In this document: positions 12,948-25,101 of the stretch, in pieces | Layout: each line of letters opens with the position of its first letter | Position numbering within the stretch: position 1 is the first letter of the stretch | Source: Vicugna vicugna | Taxonomy: Eukaryota | Assembly: GCA_013265495.1 (NCBI GenBank) | Contig: MU059537.1 | Coordinates: 2,294,001-2,358,000, forward strand | Reading direction: 5' to 3' | Length of the DNA: 64,000 nt | The notes under the pieces: generated by a model | Told to the model about the DNA's origin: nothing | Seen by the model: only the letters and a program-made list of their open reading frames with translations | The model's database searches: none | Program-made: the position numbers and the translations under genes

Positions 12948-14092
12948 GTGAGTTATCAGGGTGGGGGGAGAGGGCAGGGACACCAAAACTGGTTGTGGGT
13001 CCACCGTGCCCACCCCCCGAGTTAGCTCACTATCCTCCAGGAAGCTTGGGGGTGTAGGCATCCTTGCTCCCATTTCACAGTTGGGGAAATTGATGTCCCA
13101 CGGAGTCACCTGGAAAGTTACCAGCCTGAAGCTCTGGGTAGCTCGTGAGGTCTCCAGGTGGCCAGCGAGGCGGCTGTAACTGCTGAAAGCCACGAGCACC
13201 ACCGATGCTGGAGTCAGCGTCAGAGGTGCCTTAGAAGGGGCAGAAGCTGAAGGGGCCCTGGCTGTTGGGATGCCCAGGTTCTCACCCCGGCTCTGTCGCT
13301 CACGGGCTGTGGGCCCCTGCCTGGGGCCCCTGGGGGCCTCTGCTTTTCTGTCTTCAAAACGGAGAGAGCGCGCTGTGGTGGTTCACCTATAACATCCCGC
13401 TGCACTGGAAGCATGGACACCGCCTCTCCCACGTGGGCCCCACGGGGCCTGCTAAGGGACCAGCCTGAAGGTCTCTAAACACTGATTTCAGTTTAACATG
13501 TGCAATAAAACGCCCAGTGGCGTCAGGTCAAGGGCAGCGGAGAGTTGCTCTAAAATAGGTTGAGGTCAGTCCTGTTCAGCCATCAACCTCCATGTGAAGA
13601 ATCACAGCAGTTTGGAAGACAGACCCTGGGCGTAGCCACAGGCCAGGCACCGCTCTCGGTGCTTTGCACGTGTCAGCTCATGAGTCATCCCCTCCCTGGC
13701 GGGGGCGTTATTACCGCCCCGTTTTACGCAGGAGGGAGCAGGCACGGGGAGACTGACCTGCCGCTCACGGTTGCCATGATCCTGCTGTGACGTCGCCGGA
13801 GTCACGTCGCCCTCCCCACTGAGTGTGTGCCACAGACTTCCGGGAGCAACGCTGCTTCCCTTTGCCGAGGGTTTCCTCTGGCTTTTAGAGACTTTATTGC
13901 CCGGCCCCATGACACGTGGCCAGAAGCTCCTCCGCCACCAGAAGCAGCCCTGAACGATGGTGTACAAGTGCCCCAGCTCCTTCACCCCGGTGGAGCCGCT
14001 CTGAGCACGTGCCTTCATTGGTCCCCAGAGCCCCCGCAGGACTGAGCTCCAGTTACATGAATGTGTCACTACCTGCCTGTCCTCCGCTCTCT

Positions 14093-14108
14093 CCCCCCCC
14101 CCCCCCCC
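14093..14108. repeat. C16 homopolymer
   Basis: 16 consecutive C. Confidence 0.9.
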
Positions 14109-14558
14109 TGGTGCCTGCCTGGGGCCCTTAACTGGTGCACGCGTGGAGCACTTGCACCTGAGCCTTGTCTCAAAAGCCAACCTCCAGGGGGCTCTGAAGA
14201 CACAGGTGGAGCAGGTCTCTGATGCCGAGGCTGGGTTCTTAGGTCACCCTCGTCCTCCCCGGGTTCCTCTCGGAGCCAGGCCCTGCCTGCCCTTTGAGAG
14301 CTACAACCCAGGGCAGGCAGAGCGTCTGGAAGCCCACACCTGGGTGTTGGGAGCTCTGATGTGCAAGGCCATGTGAGCAGACGGGAGGAACAGCAAAGGC
14401 AGGCGGGGAGGAGACAGCAGCAAGGAATTTAAGTCAGGAGTCGGGGACAGTGGGGCTGGAGCTGTTGTGGACCAAAAAGGGGCCTTTTCGCCCTCTTCTG
14501 GAGGCTGTGAGCCTCTAGACAAGGTCATTCACCTTGTCAATAACCTTTCTCTCTTCAG

Positions 14559-14612
14559 GGCCCCCCTGGCATCAGAGGCCCCCCTGGGAAGGATGGCGAG
14601 CGCGGGGAGAAG
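14559..14612 (+). CDS. COL22A1: COL22A1 exon (9, 54 nt): GPPGIRGPPGKDGERGEK
   Basis: ttctctcttcag|GGCCCC...GAGAAG|gtaaga. Confidence 0.95.
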
Positions 14613-14799
14613 GTAAGACACGGTGTGGTCCCTCGGCTCACAGTGGCTCTTCTCAACATCTAGAGAAGAAGGGACGGAGGCAGCTTCTCAGCTCAGCCCT
14701 GACTCGGGACCCAGGAGTCAGAAGGGCTTTCTGAGTAGAGGGAGGGAGGGAGGAGGCCCTGCCGTCATCTCCTTTAACCCGCGCAGCAGACCTGTGTGT

Positions 14800-14920
14800 C
14801 GGGCGGATCCCCATTTGACAGAGGTGGAGACTGAGGCTCTGAGAGATCTGTTCATTCGTCCTGCATCCTGTAGCTGCTGAGCCTCAGACCCAGGTCTGTC
14901 TGACTCCAGATCTCATTTCC
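14800..14920 (-). mobile_element. MIR SINE
   Basis: ccccatttgacagaggtggagactgaggctctgagag...gacccaggtctgtctgactccaga. Confidence 0.6.
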
Positions 14921-15094
14921 TCTCAGTTCAGTGCACCAGCGTAACCGTCCCACGCCTGTGTGCACAGTTAAACCGTCCCGGGCTATGAGCGTTCTTCACT
15001 AAGAAGAGAGATTTCCCCAACACACGCACAGAAGCCACCAACACCCAGGGCCAGAGATGGAGGCTCCAGGGCCTTTTGAAACCTTTCAGGAGGA

Positions 15095-15245
15095 GTCTCA
15101 GACATTTACTCTGACTTCTGCTGTACTGGCCTCTGGTGGGTGAGACCAGAGATTCTGCTAAAAGTCTTACAGCCACAGGACAGCACCCCCTTCTCAACAC
15201 AGACTATCCACCCCGATGTCAGTAGCGCCAAGGTTGAGAAGCCTG
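15095..15245 (+). mobile_element. MER20 (hAT-Charlie) partial
   Basis: ctggcctctggtgggtgagaccagagattctgctaaaa...caggacagcaccccc...gatgtcagtagcgccaaggttgagaagcctg resembles the MER20 3' half. Confidence 0.7.
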
Positions 15246-15254
15246 GACCTCGGG

Positions 15255-15370
15255 CACCCTCTGGCACCCGAATGTCCTCACCTGTAAAATGGGGAGGACA
15301 ACTCATTGGTCGTGGGTGGTGAGGATTAACTGAAGCGTTGATGTATCGAAGGCGGCTGAGAGCAGGTGGT
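15255..15370 (+). mobile_element. MIR SINE
   Basis: cctcacctgtaaaatgggga...gtgaggattaactga. Confidence 0.6.
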
Positions 15371-16782
15371 GCCGGGAGCCGGTGGTCAGTGTCCCGCGCT
15401 CCCCGTGCGGACTTCCACACCCAAGGACAGGTACCTCAGCCTCCCCCAACCCTAACGCGCCGTGCACAGCGGCCACTCCCACACTCCAGTGTCTGAGCCT
15501 GACACGGACCCCTCCCAGTCCACTGTGCCTGGAACCTTTAAAAGGAGCGGCCATTTTATGTTTTCTGTTTTGGCGAGATGTAACAAGACTGGATGTAAAC
15601 GTTTGCATTTTGGTCTGAAGGCTCAGCTTTAAAGTGCGTACCTCAGAGGAGAGCATGGTTTATTGTGGAGAAGAATGATCAGCCAGCCTGTGGGTAATGT
15701 CCTGGGTTCTTGGAGCGTTCGTTCACCACGAGCTCAGTAACAACCCCTGTGTGACGCACGTGCTCATTTCTCCCTAAGACCCCCTCAGGCTGCAGCAGCG
15801 AGAGCGGAGCGAGGGAGGAAACTGGGCCCGTCTGTTCTGCCTTGATTATGCCGTGTCTGCGGGGCTGGGCTCCCTCCTAGGACACAAGTAGGGCTCTGGC
15901 CACTGAGAGGGAGTTGAGGGGGGTGAGAAGAGGTTTCTGAGGACCAGCTGAGCAGAGACTAGAAGGTCAGTGCATTGTTGGCTCACTCAGCCTCTAGGGG
16001 GAGCCAAACACCGCTTCTCAGCCGAGCAGACACCCAGGCTGAGGTCCAAGACCCAGGGCTGCATTTGGAAGGGGACCTCCGATGCTCTGCACAGTGGGAA
16101 GCATCCCTGACGCAGGACGTGCCCTTTCTGTCTCACTGTCCAGTGGCTGGCCTGACGCTTGGGGAAGCCAGTCCTGCCCTGGGCTTGCTTTGGCCCTCCT
16201 TGGGACGTCACACCTCACGTCACCTCTGCAGCAGGAGTGTCTAGAGACAACCGGGGTGCAGCTTAGGCCCACGGGAGCCCTGCCCGGGAGGCGTTCCTGT
16301 GGCTCACGTCGTTCCCCCAGCACTGCGGTCCGCAGCCAGGGCTGCCACGGGGCCCCTGGCTTTGTGGTCAGAAAGGGTGAGCAGACTCGAAGCCCAGCTC
16401 CCTCCCGAATCAGGTCCTGGCTCGCACACGCACGCTCTCTCTCCCCACTTTGGAGCCCCACGCTGTGCGTGTTCCCGTCGCTGAAGGCCTGCCGCGTGAG
16501 GAGGGTTAGCTTTAGTCCGCAGAGCTCCAAGGTGGAATGTCAGACGTCTGGGAGATTTCAGAGAAGGTTGTTTTAGCTGAATGTAAAGACACATGATGTA
16601 ATGAGACTGCCCAATAAAGGGATGAACAGACCTGGGAGGTGGTGAGCTCTCTGCTCTCAAAGGAGTCCAAGCAGAAATGGGAGGAGGCCTGCCCGTGAGA
16701 GCCACGCCTGACGGTTTCCTGCAGAGGGCAAAGGCTGGACTAGAAGACTGCTAATGTCCTTCCCAGTTCCTTGTTCCTTGGC

Positions 16783-17165
16783 GTATAGTCTGTTAAAGCC
16801 ACCGTAACAGAGGACCACAAACTGGAGCCTTAAGCAGCAGACGCTCACCGTCTCACCGTGCTCCCCGTGTCTGGAAGCCCCGAGTCGCGGGGTCAGCAGG
16901 GTTGGCTCCTCCTGGGGCTGCAAGGGAAGGCTCTCCCCCAGGCGTCTCTCCTTGGATTGCTGATGGCTGTCTTCTCCCTGCGTCTTCACTTCCTGTGCGC
17001 ACGTCTGTGTCCACGTCTCTGTGTCTTATGAGGACACCAGGCCAGCCCGGCTTAGATTCTGTGCTGCGCCAGCGGGACCTCGTCTTAACTGATTACATCT
17101 TCTAAATGGAGTTCCCGGGGGTTAGGGCTTTGGCGTGTGAATTCTGGGGGACACGCAGTACCGTC
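16783..17165 (-). mobile_element. MLT1B/C/D-type MaLR LTR
   Basis: gccaccgtaacagaggaccacaaactgg...gatggctgtcttctccctg...ttatgaggacaccag...gggttagggctt...gaattctgggggacac. Confidence 0.75.
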
Positions 17166-17310
17166 CAGCTCTCTCCGCCCTCAGAGGGGGTGGGCTTTCT
17201 CAGACGGCATCACTGGGAAGCTTCCCAACCCCATTCAGGTTCGTTCGCCACCGAGAAGCTTACTGTCTGCATGTCATTGATCCTGGACACTTGTCTGCTT
17301 TGCTCTCCAG

Positions 17311-17415
17311 GGAGCCGTGGGAGAAGAAGGGAGCCCAGGGCCAGCTGGCCCCAGGGGCGACCCCGGAGCCCCTGGGCTCCCCGGGCCACCTGGAAAAGGG
17401 AAAGATGGAGAGCCG
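17311..17415 (+). CDS. COL22A1: COL22A1 exon (10, 105 nt): GAVGEEGSPGPAGPRGDPGAPGLPGPPGKGKDGEP
   Basis: tttgctctccag|GGAGCC...GAGCCG|gtaagt; contains the GK-GKD triplet imperfection and an RGD. Confidence 0.96.
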
Positions 17416-17927
17416 GTAAGTGTCCTGTCCAGGGATTTCTGTGCCCATGACGACCGGGCACAGAGAAAAGAAAAAAAAAGGCTCACTGGCCCAATTTTGC
17501 AGAACCTGAGTCTTAGCCATTGAAAGTGTGTGGTCGGGAAGGGGGCACTGTGTGGGGAGACAGCTTGCTCCAGTGCATTCAGACCAGGGCAGCACTGGCC
17601 TGCATGGCCTGCTTGCTGTGTGTCAGGCTCCAGCCCAGATGCTGGGGACACAGGGTTAAAGTCTGTGATGTTGAGATGCTCCTGAGACAGTGAAGCAAAC
17701 AGCAAGCCAGAGCTCGGGCAGCCCTGGGGCTTCTCCATCTGTGTAAGTCTGGGCTAACCTCACATAGGAAATGGCGTTGGTGCTGAAAGTCAAAGTTGAG
17801 AAGAAATGATATTTTAGACAAAACAGCAGAGTGGGTGTTCGAGACAGATTGTACCTGCAAATGCATGCGGTGTTACGTGCAAGGAGGCTTGCGAACATTT
17901 TAGTATGTCCTCCACGTGAAGTGAGAC

Positions 17928-18240
17928 GTGTTAGTAAATTTTGCTGCAGTAACAAAGAAACTGAAATCTCAGTGGCTTTTGACCCTTAACAGAAGGCCCT
18001 TGTGTTACATGTTGATGTCCGTTGGGTTGAGCCCTGGGGCCCTGCCCCACTTGTCTTCTCAGCCCCAGGCTGAAGAAGAGGTCCATGGCCCTGCCAGCCA
18101 CGTGTTCCTCACGGAGGAGACGCACGATGACTCTTAAAGCGTCTGTGGGTGTGATCCGCATCACATCCGCTCGTGCCGTTGGCCAAAGCAAGCCTCGTGG
18201 CCAAGCCCAGCACCAGTGGGGCAGGCACGTTCACTCCCCC
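17928..18240 (-). mobile_element. Old MLT1 (J/K-like) LTR fragment
   Basis: tttgctgcagtaacaaag...aaatctcagtggctt...catcacatccgctcgtgccgttggccaaagcaagcctcgtggccaagccc. Confidence 0.55.
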
Positions 18241-18725
18241 GTGGGACGTCTTGCTAGTCCGCTGGCAGTGGGTGGGCATGTGGATCCTCTCACAGGAAGG
18301 GAAGAGTTGGGGCCAGTAATGAAATCTTCCTCATTGGCCAGTGCCCACTCTGAGCCAGGTTCTGTCCTGACTCTGAACACAGTGATGATGGTGGCTTTGT
18401 CATTCTCAAAAGCTCACGACCTCATAGAGTGGGACAGATGGACCTAAGTTCGAGTCAGAACAACCCCCTACCTGTGTGACCTTGGAAAAATGACTGAAAT
18501 TCGCTGTGCCTGAATCTTTAACCCTAGATGTGAATTTCCTTTTGCCCTAAAACATGAGTGATCCTGGCATCTACCTCCCAAGGGCTAAGTGACATGGTAC
18601 ACATAAACCCTTAGCGTGTGGCTCTCAGCCAGCTTTTGTTGTACTAGCTAGTGTGGCATTTTCTGCGTACCAGGCACTGAGCACGCCGTCCTTCATCCTC
18701 GTGTCTACGCTGAGAAGTGAGAAGT

Positions 18726-19085
18726 TGTTTTAGTCCATTTGGGCTGCTATAAGGAAACGCCATAAACTGGTGTCTTATGAACAGCAGAAATCTGAGTATC
18801 ACAGTTCTGGAGGCTGGAGGTCCAGGATCAGGGCATCAGCACGGCCGGGTTCTGGTGGGAGCCCTCTCCTGGTCACACACTGCCGGTTTCTTGCTGTGTC
18901 CTCGGGTCGTGAAAGGGGCAGGGAATCTCTATGGAACCTCTTCAGTAGGGCACTAATCCCGTTCAGAGGGCTCCACCCTCGTGACCTAATCGCCCTCAAA
19001 GGGCCCACCTCCTAACACCATCACAGTGGGCATTAGGGTTTAACATGCAAATTCTGGGGGGAGACCAACATTCAGACCAGAGGCA
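18726..19085 (-). mobile_element. MLT1A-type MaLR LTR
   Basis: tgttttagtccatttgggctgctataa...cacagttctggaggctggaggtcc...cattcagaccagaggca follows the reverse complement of the recalled MLT1A consensus end to end. Confidence 0.85.
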
Positions 19086-19695
19086 TTATTAAGCCTGTTT
19101 TATAGATGGGAGGTGTGAGGTTCAGAGAGGAGATTCACTTGCCAAAACAAAGTCACATGGCCAGAGTGGGAGAGCTTGGCCATTAACCCACAAGGGCCCG
19201 GACCTCCCTTCTCCCTGCACTCTGGCTCTTCCAGCCAGTACTTCCAGTGGTAGATTGTGGTTTGAATGCAGGCCGTGTGCACTGCATCAGCAGTTGAAGA
19301 CTTTGCCCGCTGGCTCCTCCAGGTCTTGACAGCACGGGAAATGAGGAAGAGATCAGTCTTTGGAATCGGGTGAAGCCCTACCTTGAAACCTGAAATCTGG
19401 CCTTGCCCTTTCTGAAGGAGTCTGCAAAATAAGACTCTTTAGTAGGAAAGCAAACAGGGAGAGATGGAGGAACTTGCTCAAGGTCACACAGAGCTGGCAG
19501 GTGGCAGGCAGAACTCACACCCAAGCGCCTCGGGTCTCAAAAGCAGGTGGTCTGCTTTGTGCCAGACACATCGTGGTGAGAGTCCCGGTCATCTGTGGCT
19601 CCCACAGCATAGGGTGCGCACAGCTGGCCACGTGCTGGATGGGGAAATGCTCGCTTATCGTCCCCTGACTGTCCTCTTACCATTCATTTCCCCAG

Positions 19696-19740
19696 GGGCT
19701 TCGTGGACCACCTGGGCTACCTGGGCTTCTAGGAACCAAG
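19696..19740 (+). CDS. COL22A1: COL22A1 exon (11, 45 nt): [15 protein letters not shown]
   Basis: catttccccag|GGGCTT...ACCAAG|gtgagt. Confidence 0.95.
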
Positions 19741-20327
19741 GTGAGTATTTATGCAGCAAACTGTGGGCACCATGGGTTCCACATAGAAAGGGGCCGTGCA
19801 AAATTTAATGGTAAGAATCTCTGGTCACCTCAGTTTTCTTCCATGTTTCTCATTTTCCACCCATCTCAAGGTTCTGTGACTCTAAACTGTGACATTGAAG
19901 TAGTTTCCACACAATTGGTGCTTAATAGAGCAACATGATCACAGAGCATGTGGTTTTTGTTGTGTATTAAAGGCTTGTTTTCAATGACATCCAGGATGCG
20001 GGACTCAAGGCCCCAGGAATCATTGCCGTGTCTACGTTTAACTTGTTTGCTCCATGACTTTTTCTGCTGTTCAGGCAGGTGACCTGTGTGAACGCACTGA
20101 GCTTGCACTGACTGAGGTCAGAGGGAGGCTAGTGTGCAGTCCCCTGATGGCGTTCATGTTTGTTGTTCATGATCAAAGGAAAAAGAAATGAGAACGTTCT
20201 TTGAGTGATCTAAGCAAATGTTTGGCAGCTCCCTAGTTTCTGAGGAGAAAAAAAAATGGAAACAACTTTGCCTGGATTTGAAGGCACATCAGGTAGTTCC
20301 TTGTGCCTGGAGCAGTGAGTGCTTGCA

Positions 20328-20378
20328 GGGCAGTGGGCGCGTGCGGGGCGGTGGGCACGTGCGGGTGGGCGTGTGTGG
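20328..20378. repeat. 18-bp GC-rich tandem repeat (2 copies plus partial)
   Basis: gggcagtgggcgcgtgcg / gggcggtgggcacgtgcg (16/18), then ggtgggcgtgtgtgg. Confidence 0.75.
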
Positions 20379-21193
20379 AGGAGCAGGAAGCAGCACCCAG
20401 GTTCTGGAGGACCCTGCGAATTAACAGCCGACTGAAGGTGTTTGTCAGAGGTTCCTCTGTGACTCAGTGAGCCCAGCGCCTGACTGGCAGCCTCCTGTGC
20501 TCTCAGGTTTCCCCCGAGAGTAGGACCTTCCAGATCTAGAAGAAATAAATTGCCTCTTAGAAGAAAGGAAGGCAAGGACACGGGAAATGGGGTAATGAGA
20601 AAGTGGCTTAAGATGTCCTTTCTCTTACGATAATTACTTATGAGGGTGATAAGTATCTCCCAGGCAGAGTTTAGGAAAAAGTGATTTAACACAAATGGAA
20701 ATGATTGCCTGGCCTCACGGTTGCCTAGTCACAGGTACTCACTCTGTAAATATTAGTGATCCTTGTCGCTAGATCACCCCGCGGAGTCTGCCTTAGGGTT
20801 GCAGCAAGAAGGTGGGGATCTAGAGAGGCCTGACTCACCCGTCGGCTCGCTGTTGGAGAGAGGAAGCGCAAGGGGAGTTGGGGGGCAGCCCTGCCAAGCG
20901 GAGCCAGGCTGAGAGCCCGGGTGAGGCGAGCGGAGGGCCGGGCCGTGGGGTCCCGTTGACCAGCTAGTTTCAACTCCGGGGGCTCCTAGTCAGTCACGCT
21001 GTCCCTTTGGCCAAAGGAGTCCTCTTTTTAAAATGTGGGATGTGTAAACATGACCCTTTCAGTGTTAGTATTGTAAATATTTGTTTCTAAGTTAGAATGT
21101 AGTTTAAAGGTTTCCATAATTAACTGGCGCTGGGAAGGTGAGTTGGGATTCAGAGGTCTTTAGCTGTAGAACTGAGAGCTCCTGGGGAGAAAA

Positions 21194-21218
21194 GGAGGGA
21201 GGGAGGGAGGGAGGGAGG
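21194..21218 (+). repeat. (GGGA)5 microsatellite, canonical G-quadruplex pattern
   Basis: ggagggagggagggagggagggagg. Confidence 0.85.
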
Positions 21219-22189
21219 CAGAGACACAGAGGGTGACCCCTGAGAGTGGTCAGCCCTGTTCCTTGCCCAGGTGCTGTCCCTGGTGCTGACTGAACACACC
21301 TGGGGAACCAAGGGAGGGAGCCATATAAAGGTTGTTAGGGGCACCTGGGTAGCCCTTCCTAATTAACAACTACAGGAAGACATGTAAAGATGCCTTTCCT
21401 TCTCTTGGGTGGCACTTGTTTCCTAGCAAAATGAGCAGGCTTTGCCTTCATACAGAACTGGGTTAGGATCCTAGCTCAGCTGCCTACAAGATAGATGACT
21501 TGAAGGCTAGTGGCTCATTCTTTCTGAGACTGTCCCTTCTCTGTATAAAGGAATAAAGCATATTTAACCCCCAAAGGGCTCCTGCAGATAAGTGTTCTGA
21601 TGGCACATGGTGGTTGTTCAGTAAATGTCATTCTCCTTCCACGACCTCACTCATTTCTTCCCTGAACACTGTTGAACTGGCCCAGAATGTCTTGCAGCCA
21701 AAACAGTTACTGCAGTCAGTATTACAGATTATAGCTCATGTGCCCCCTTTTTTCTAGTTGAGCCCTCTTGGTTTTGCTAACAGAGCATTAAGGTCTTTTG
21801 CTCTTTTCTTGAAGCCATTTTCTAAAAGTTTCAGTCCATTAAGCCGCGAAGTGTAGTTCCGGGGCAGGCAGGGAATGTTAGCATCGCAATGGGCCTTAAA
21901 CACACAAAGGGAGCTGAGCCTGGCTACCCAGCTGCAGAGATCAATCAGTGACTCAGATTCCTGCAGGCTGGGAGGTGTCTTTTATTATGCTCCTTTCTCA
22001 GTAGAAAGTTGATTTTGGTCAAAAGTAGAATTCAGTACCTGACAAGACGTGAGTGACGATAGATCCATTCATTCTGGCATTCAGGAATTTGCTATTAAAG
22101 GGCTGTGGCAGGCCCTAAACTCGGCCCTGTGGATGGAAAAGTGTATGGATTTTGTACTGAAGGTAGGGGCTGACTCCTTTTAAGTACTT

Positions 22190-22500
22190 GACAAATGTTT
22201 ATTGGATTAATAAATGAATGAGTGGATAGTTTCTTCTTTAAGACACTTACATAGAAGTCAGAGAGTCAGACAGACAAAATGGGAGGGCAGAGTGTGTTAT
22301 GATTAATGAAGATACATACAAATTTCTTCAAGAGGACAGAGAGGAGGGCAGGCAGAGGTGGGTTTATGGGAATGGAATGACGGGGCCAAGTCCTAATTGG
22401 GGGGTGAGTGTTTGGAAGCTTAGAACCTGGAGGAAAGAACGTCCCCACAAGGGGAAGAGCATGTGCAGGAAGCAGGGATGTGAATGGATACCCTGGAAGA
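22190..22500. mobile_element. L2 fragments (tail at 22190-22230, antisense piece 22330-22500)
   Basis: aaatgtttattggattaataaatgaatgagtg; ggaagagcatgtgcaggaagcagg. Confidence 0.45.
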
Positions 22501-22904
22501 ATACAAACTCAGTCATCGGTGTGGTGTAACTTGCAGTAGTTAGGGTTTCCTGCTGTGCATGAAGCAAAGCCTTGGGAAGAAGAAGGGAGCCAAGCCGAAA
22601 CAGAAAATGGTAGGGAGAAAACCTATGTCAGGTGTCTAAAGAGACATGAGTACAGAACGTCATGGGTTTCTCTGATGTTTATGTGTGCGTAGTTTATTCT
22701 CTGTCTTCTAGTTCTGTTGATAAAACATAATAATGTACTTACAGTACCCCATGGTATATAGTCTCTTACCTTGTAAATGAGTCTACATAAAGTACATGGG
22801 AATTTGGTAGAGTGTTCATCCCCCCCCACCAATTGATGAAGGTCTTAAGGTGCAGAGAGGTTATGAGACTTATCCAAGGTCACAGGACCAGACTGACATT
22901 GGCC

Positions 22905-23820
22905 TGTTACCAGCCAAACTCAGGACCACTTGCCTGACGCACCGCAAAACTGATCCACTGACAGCGGGTTGTGGCGAAGGAAAAGTACAGCGCTCACTTG
23001 CAGGGCGCCAAGCAAGGAGAATGGGCGGCTAGTGCCCAAGAAGTCTGAATCCCCAGTGGCTTTCAGACAAGGGTTTTTAAAGGCAACTTTAGAGTGAGGG
23101 TTGCAGGGTGTGTGACCAGCTCACAGACATTCTTCTGATTAGTTGATGGTGAGGTAACAGGGTGATGTGTCAGGAATCTTAATCGTCAGCCTTCTGGTCC
23201 CAGCTAGCCTGGGGTCTCCATGCTTGTGGTCAGAGGTAGTTACCGTCCTCTAATGGGGGGGGGCGTCTCAGTTTCTGCAGAACAGCTCACAGGTGTGCAT
23301 CAGATTGTTGTGTACCCCTTGAGAAACTAGGAGGCCTGGGACTCTGTTTTCTTGCTGGACTGTTGCTTTCTTTACCATAACTCTTCTTGCTTAACTACCT
23401 TTCCTCTATTTCTGCATTCCCTCACTTCCCTAGTTAGTAACTGCTTGAGTCTGCTCTTTGGAATTCCGGGAAGGCCAGACAAGAAGCGGGGACACAGAGG
23501 GGCTTGTACCTGGGGAGGCCCCTCAGGGTCCTGCTCAGTTGCAGCCCCCCCTTTTCTCTGATACTCCTCCATCCTGAGGGGAACAGAGGCAGGACAAGAA
23601 TGGGGATAAAGTTTTGGATAGATGGGTTAGTCGTAAACTCAGCAGGGGAACTTGGTATCAGTCCGAAGACTGGACGTGTAGTCACCTGCTGGCCGGTTTG
23701 CAATCTTCCCTCCTGGTCCTCTCACTGGTGTGGGGTGCTGGTGAGGGATCCAGCACTGGTCATGTTCATTCTTAGTTCATTGCTCTTTTTCCATATTTGC
23801 CTTGTTCTTTGACTTCCTTC
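22905..23820 (-). mobile_element. ERV1-type 3' LTR (22905-23543) with polypurine tract and a remnant of internal sequence
   Basis: TG...CA termini. On the minus strand the tract AGAGAAAAGGGGGGGC directly precedes the LTR start TGCAACTGAGCAGGACC, which defines a 3' LTR. The internal boundary near 23820 is approximate. Confidence 0.75.
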
Positions 23821-25101
23821 CTCCCCCGCCCTCCCCGTTGCATGCAGGTCAGGTTTGCTGGCAGCCCCAAGCGTCTCGTATGCCCCAGAATCAGCCGTAG
23901 CACAATGTTCTACAGAAACAGACCGCCCATCTGGGACTCTGAAGAGAATTTCACAGGGGCTCTTTTCAGAGATGAGGGTTGGACAGACGGATGCTGTAGC
24001 TCTCGGGGGGCGTGGCTGCCGTGGGCCTGGAGGGATGCAGGAGAGAGACCACATTACCAGAGTCTAGTGAGAGCTTTGGGTTTGGTTGCATCTCTTTTGT
24101 GAGAACTTCACAAGCCCTGTTCAGGTTTCTTTTCCGAACTTAACACTGAGTATTGAAAGTGGGCAGGGCTCGTGACTGAGTCATCTTTGGTCCTGGGACC
24201 TAGACTGCAGCTTGCAGCGAACAAACAACAAACATGAGTTGGCCAGATGCATGGCTTACGTCGTCATGCAAGCAGCAGTCACGCTGCAGGACAAACAAGT
24301 CACGGCAAGAAGATCTGACCGTTCTGCTGTCCCTCTGCAGAAAATGGCAAATGGGGTCCCTTCCCTTTTCCCGTCTTTCCTCCTCCTTTTTCTCTTCCTC
24401 CAAAGTGCAGAATGACAGGCGCACGACAGCAGCAGCACCCACAGCAGCTCACCCGCGTGGCCGCTGCCAGGCGCTCCTTTAGTGCGCGCGGCGTCCGCTG
24501 GCCCGCTGCTGCCCACCTGTCGTGTAAGGGAGGAAACTAACGGTCAGGAAACTTGTCCCTCTCTTAAGCCAGCCGTTACTAAGAACTTACACCCACGCGA
24601 TCTCAGCCACCGTGCTTGAGGGCAGAGGCTATAGTTTAATCATTCCTGCCCCTCCCAACTCCTGGAAAAGTGACCCACAAAATGTAGGTACTTGGCAAAT
24701 TATTGGTGCAACGATAAATTAATGTATTGGTGACATGGGGACTGAATAGAAATGTGGGTACATGGTCAAATTTGGGGTGTGTCCAGGATGGGACATAATG
24801 AAGTCTGGAGAAAGCACAGAAAACTTGGAATTGTGGTCATATATTGGGGGGGTGCATATTGCTGTGATCACAGTTGGGGCATCACGACTGGGGCACAGTC
24901 AGCCCTGTTGGTGGCCATGGTCCATGCCTGCTGGACTGGCAGGGACGACGGGCTGCTGGGGTGAACTTTAGAGTGTGCAGAATCCGGGAATGCTGCCAGA
25001 TGGGGAGTGCAGTCTGGACCATGGGAGGAGCACCGTTCCTCCATACCCTGGCTCTCTCTTTCCCGGCACTGACTGCTTGATTTCATGTTTTCTCTTTCTA
25101 G

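Noticed and set aside
17472-17590. Y3 RNA pseudogene on the minus strand (ctggtctgaatgcactgg ... agcctttt)
   Set aside because: Only the ends resemble recalled Y3. The middle is unrelated, and the second copy lacks the 5' match.
20100-20145. gtcagaggg...tgtgcagt as a remnant of the human AACGKVRGSENCA exon
   Set aside because: Only short word matches to a back-translated, remembered sequence, with no splice sites or open frame.
21063-21143. Perfect donor AAG|GTGAGT at 21137/21138 with upstream AGs (cryptic exon)
   Set aside because: The candidate exon from the upstream AG at 21061-21062 contains an in-frame stop, the sequence has no Gly-X-Y pattern, and isolated consensus donors are common in long introns.
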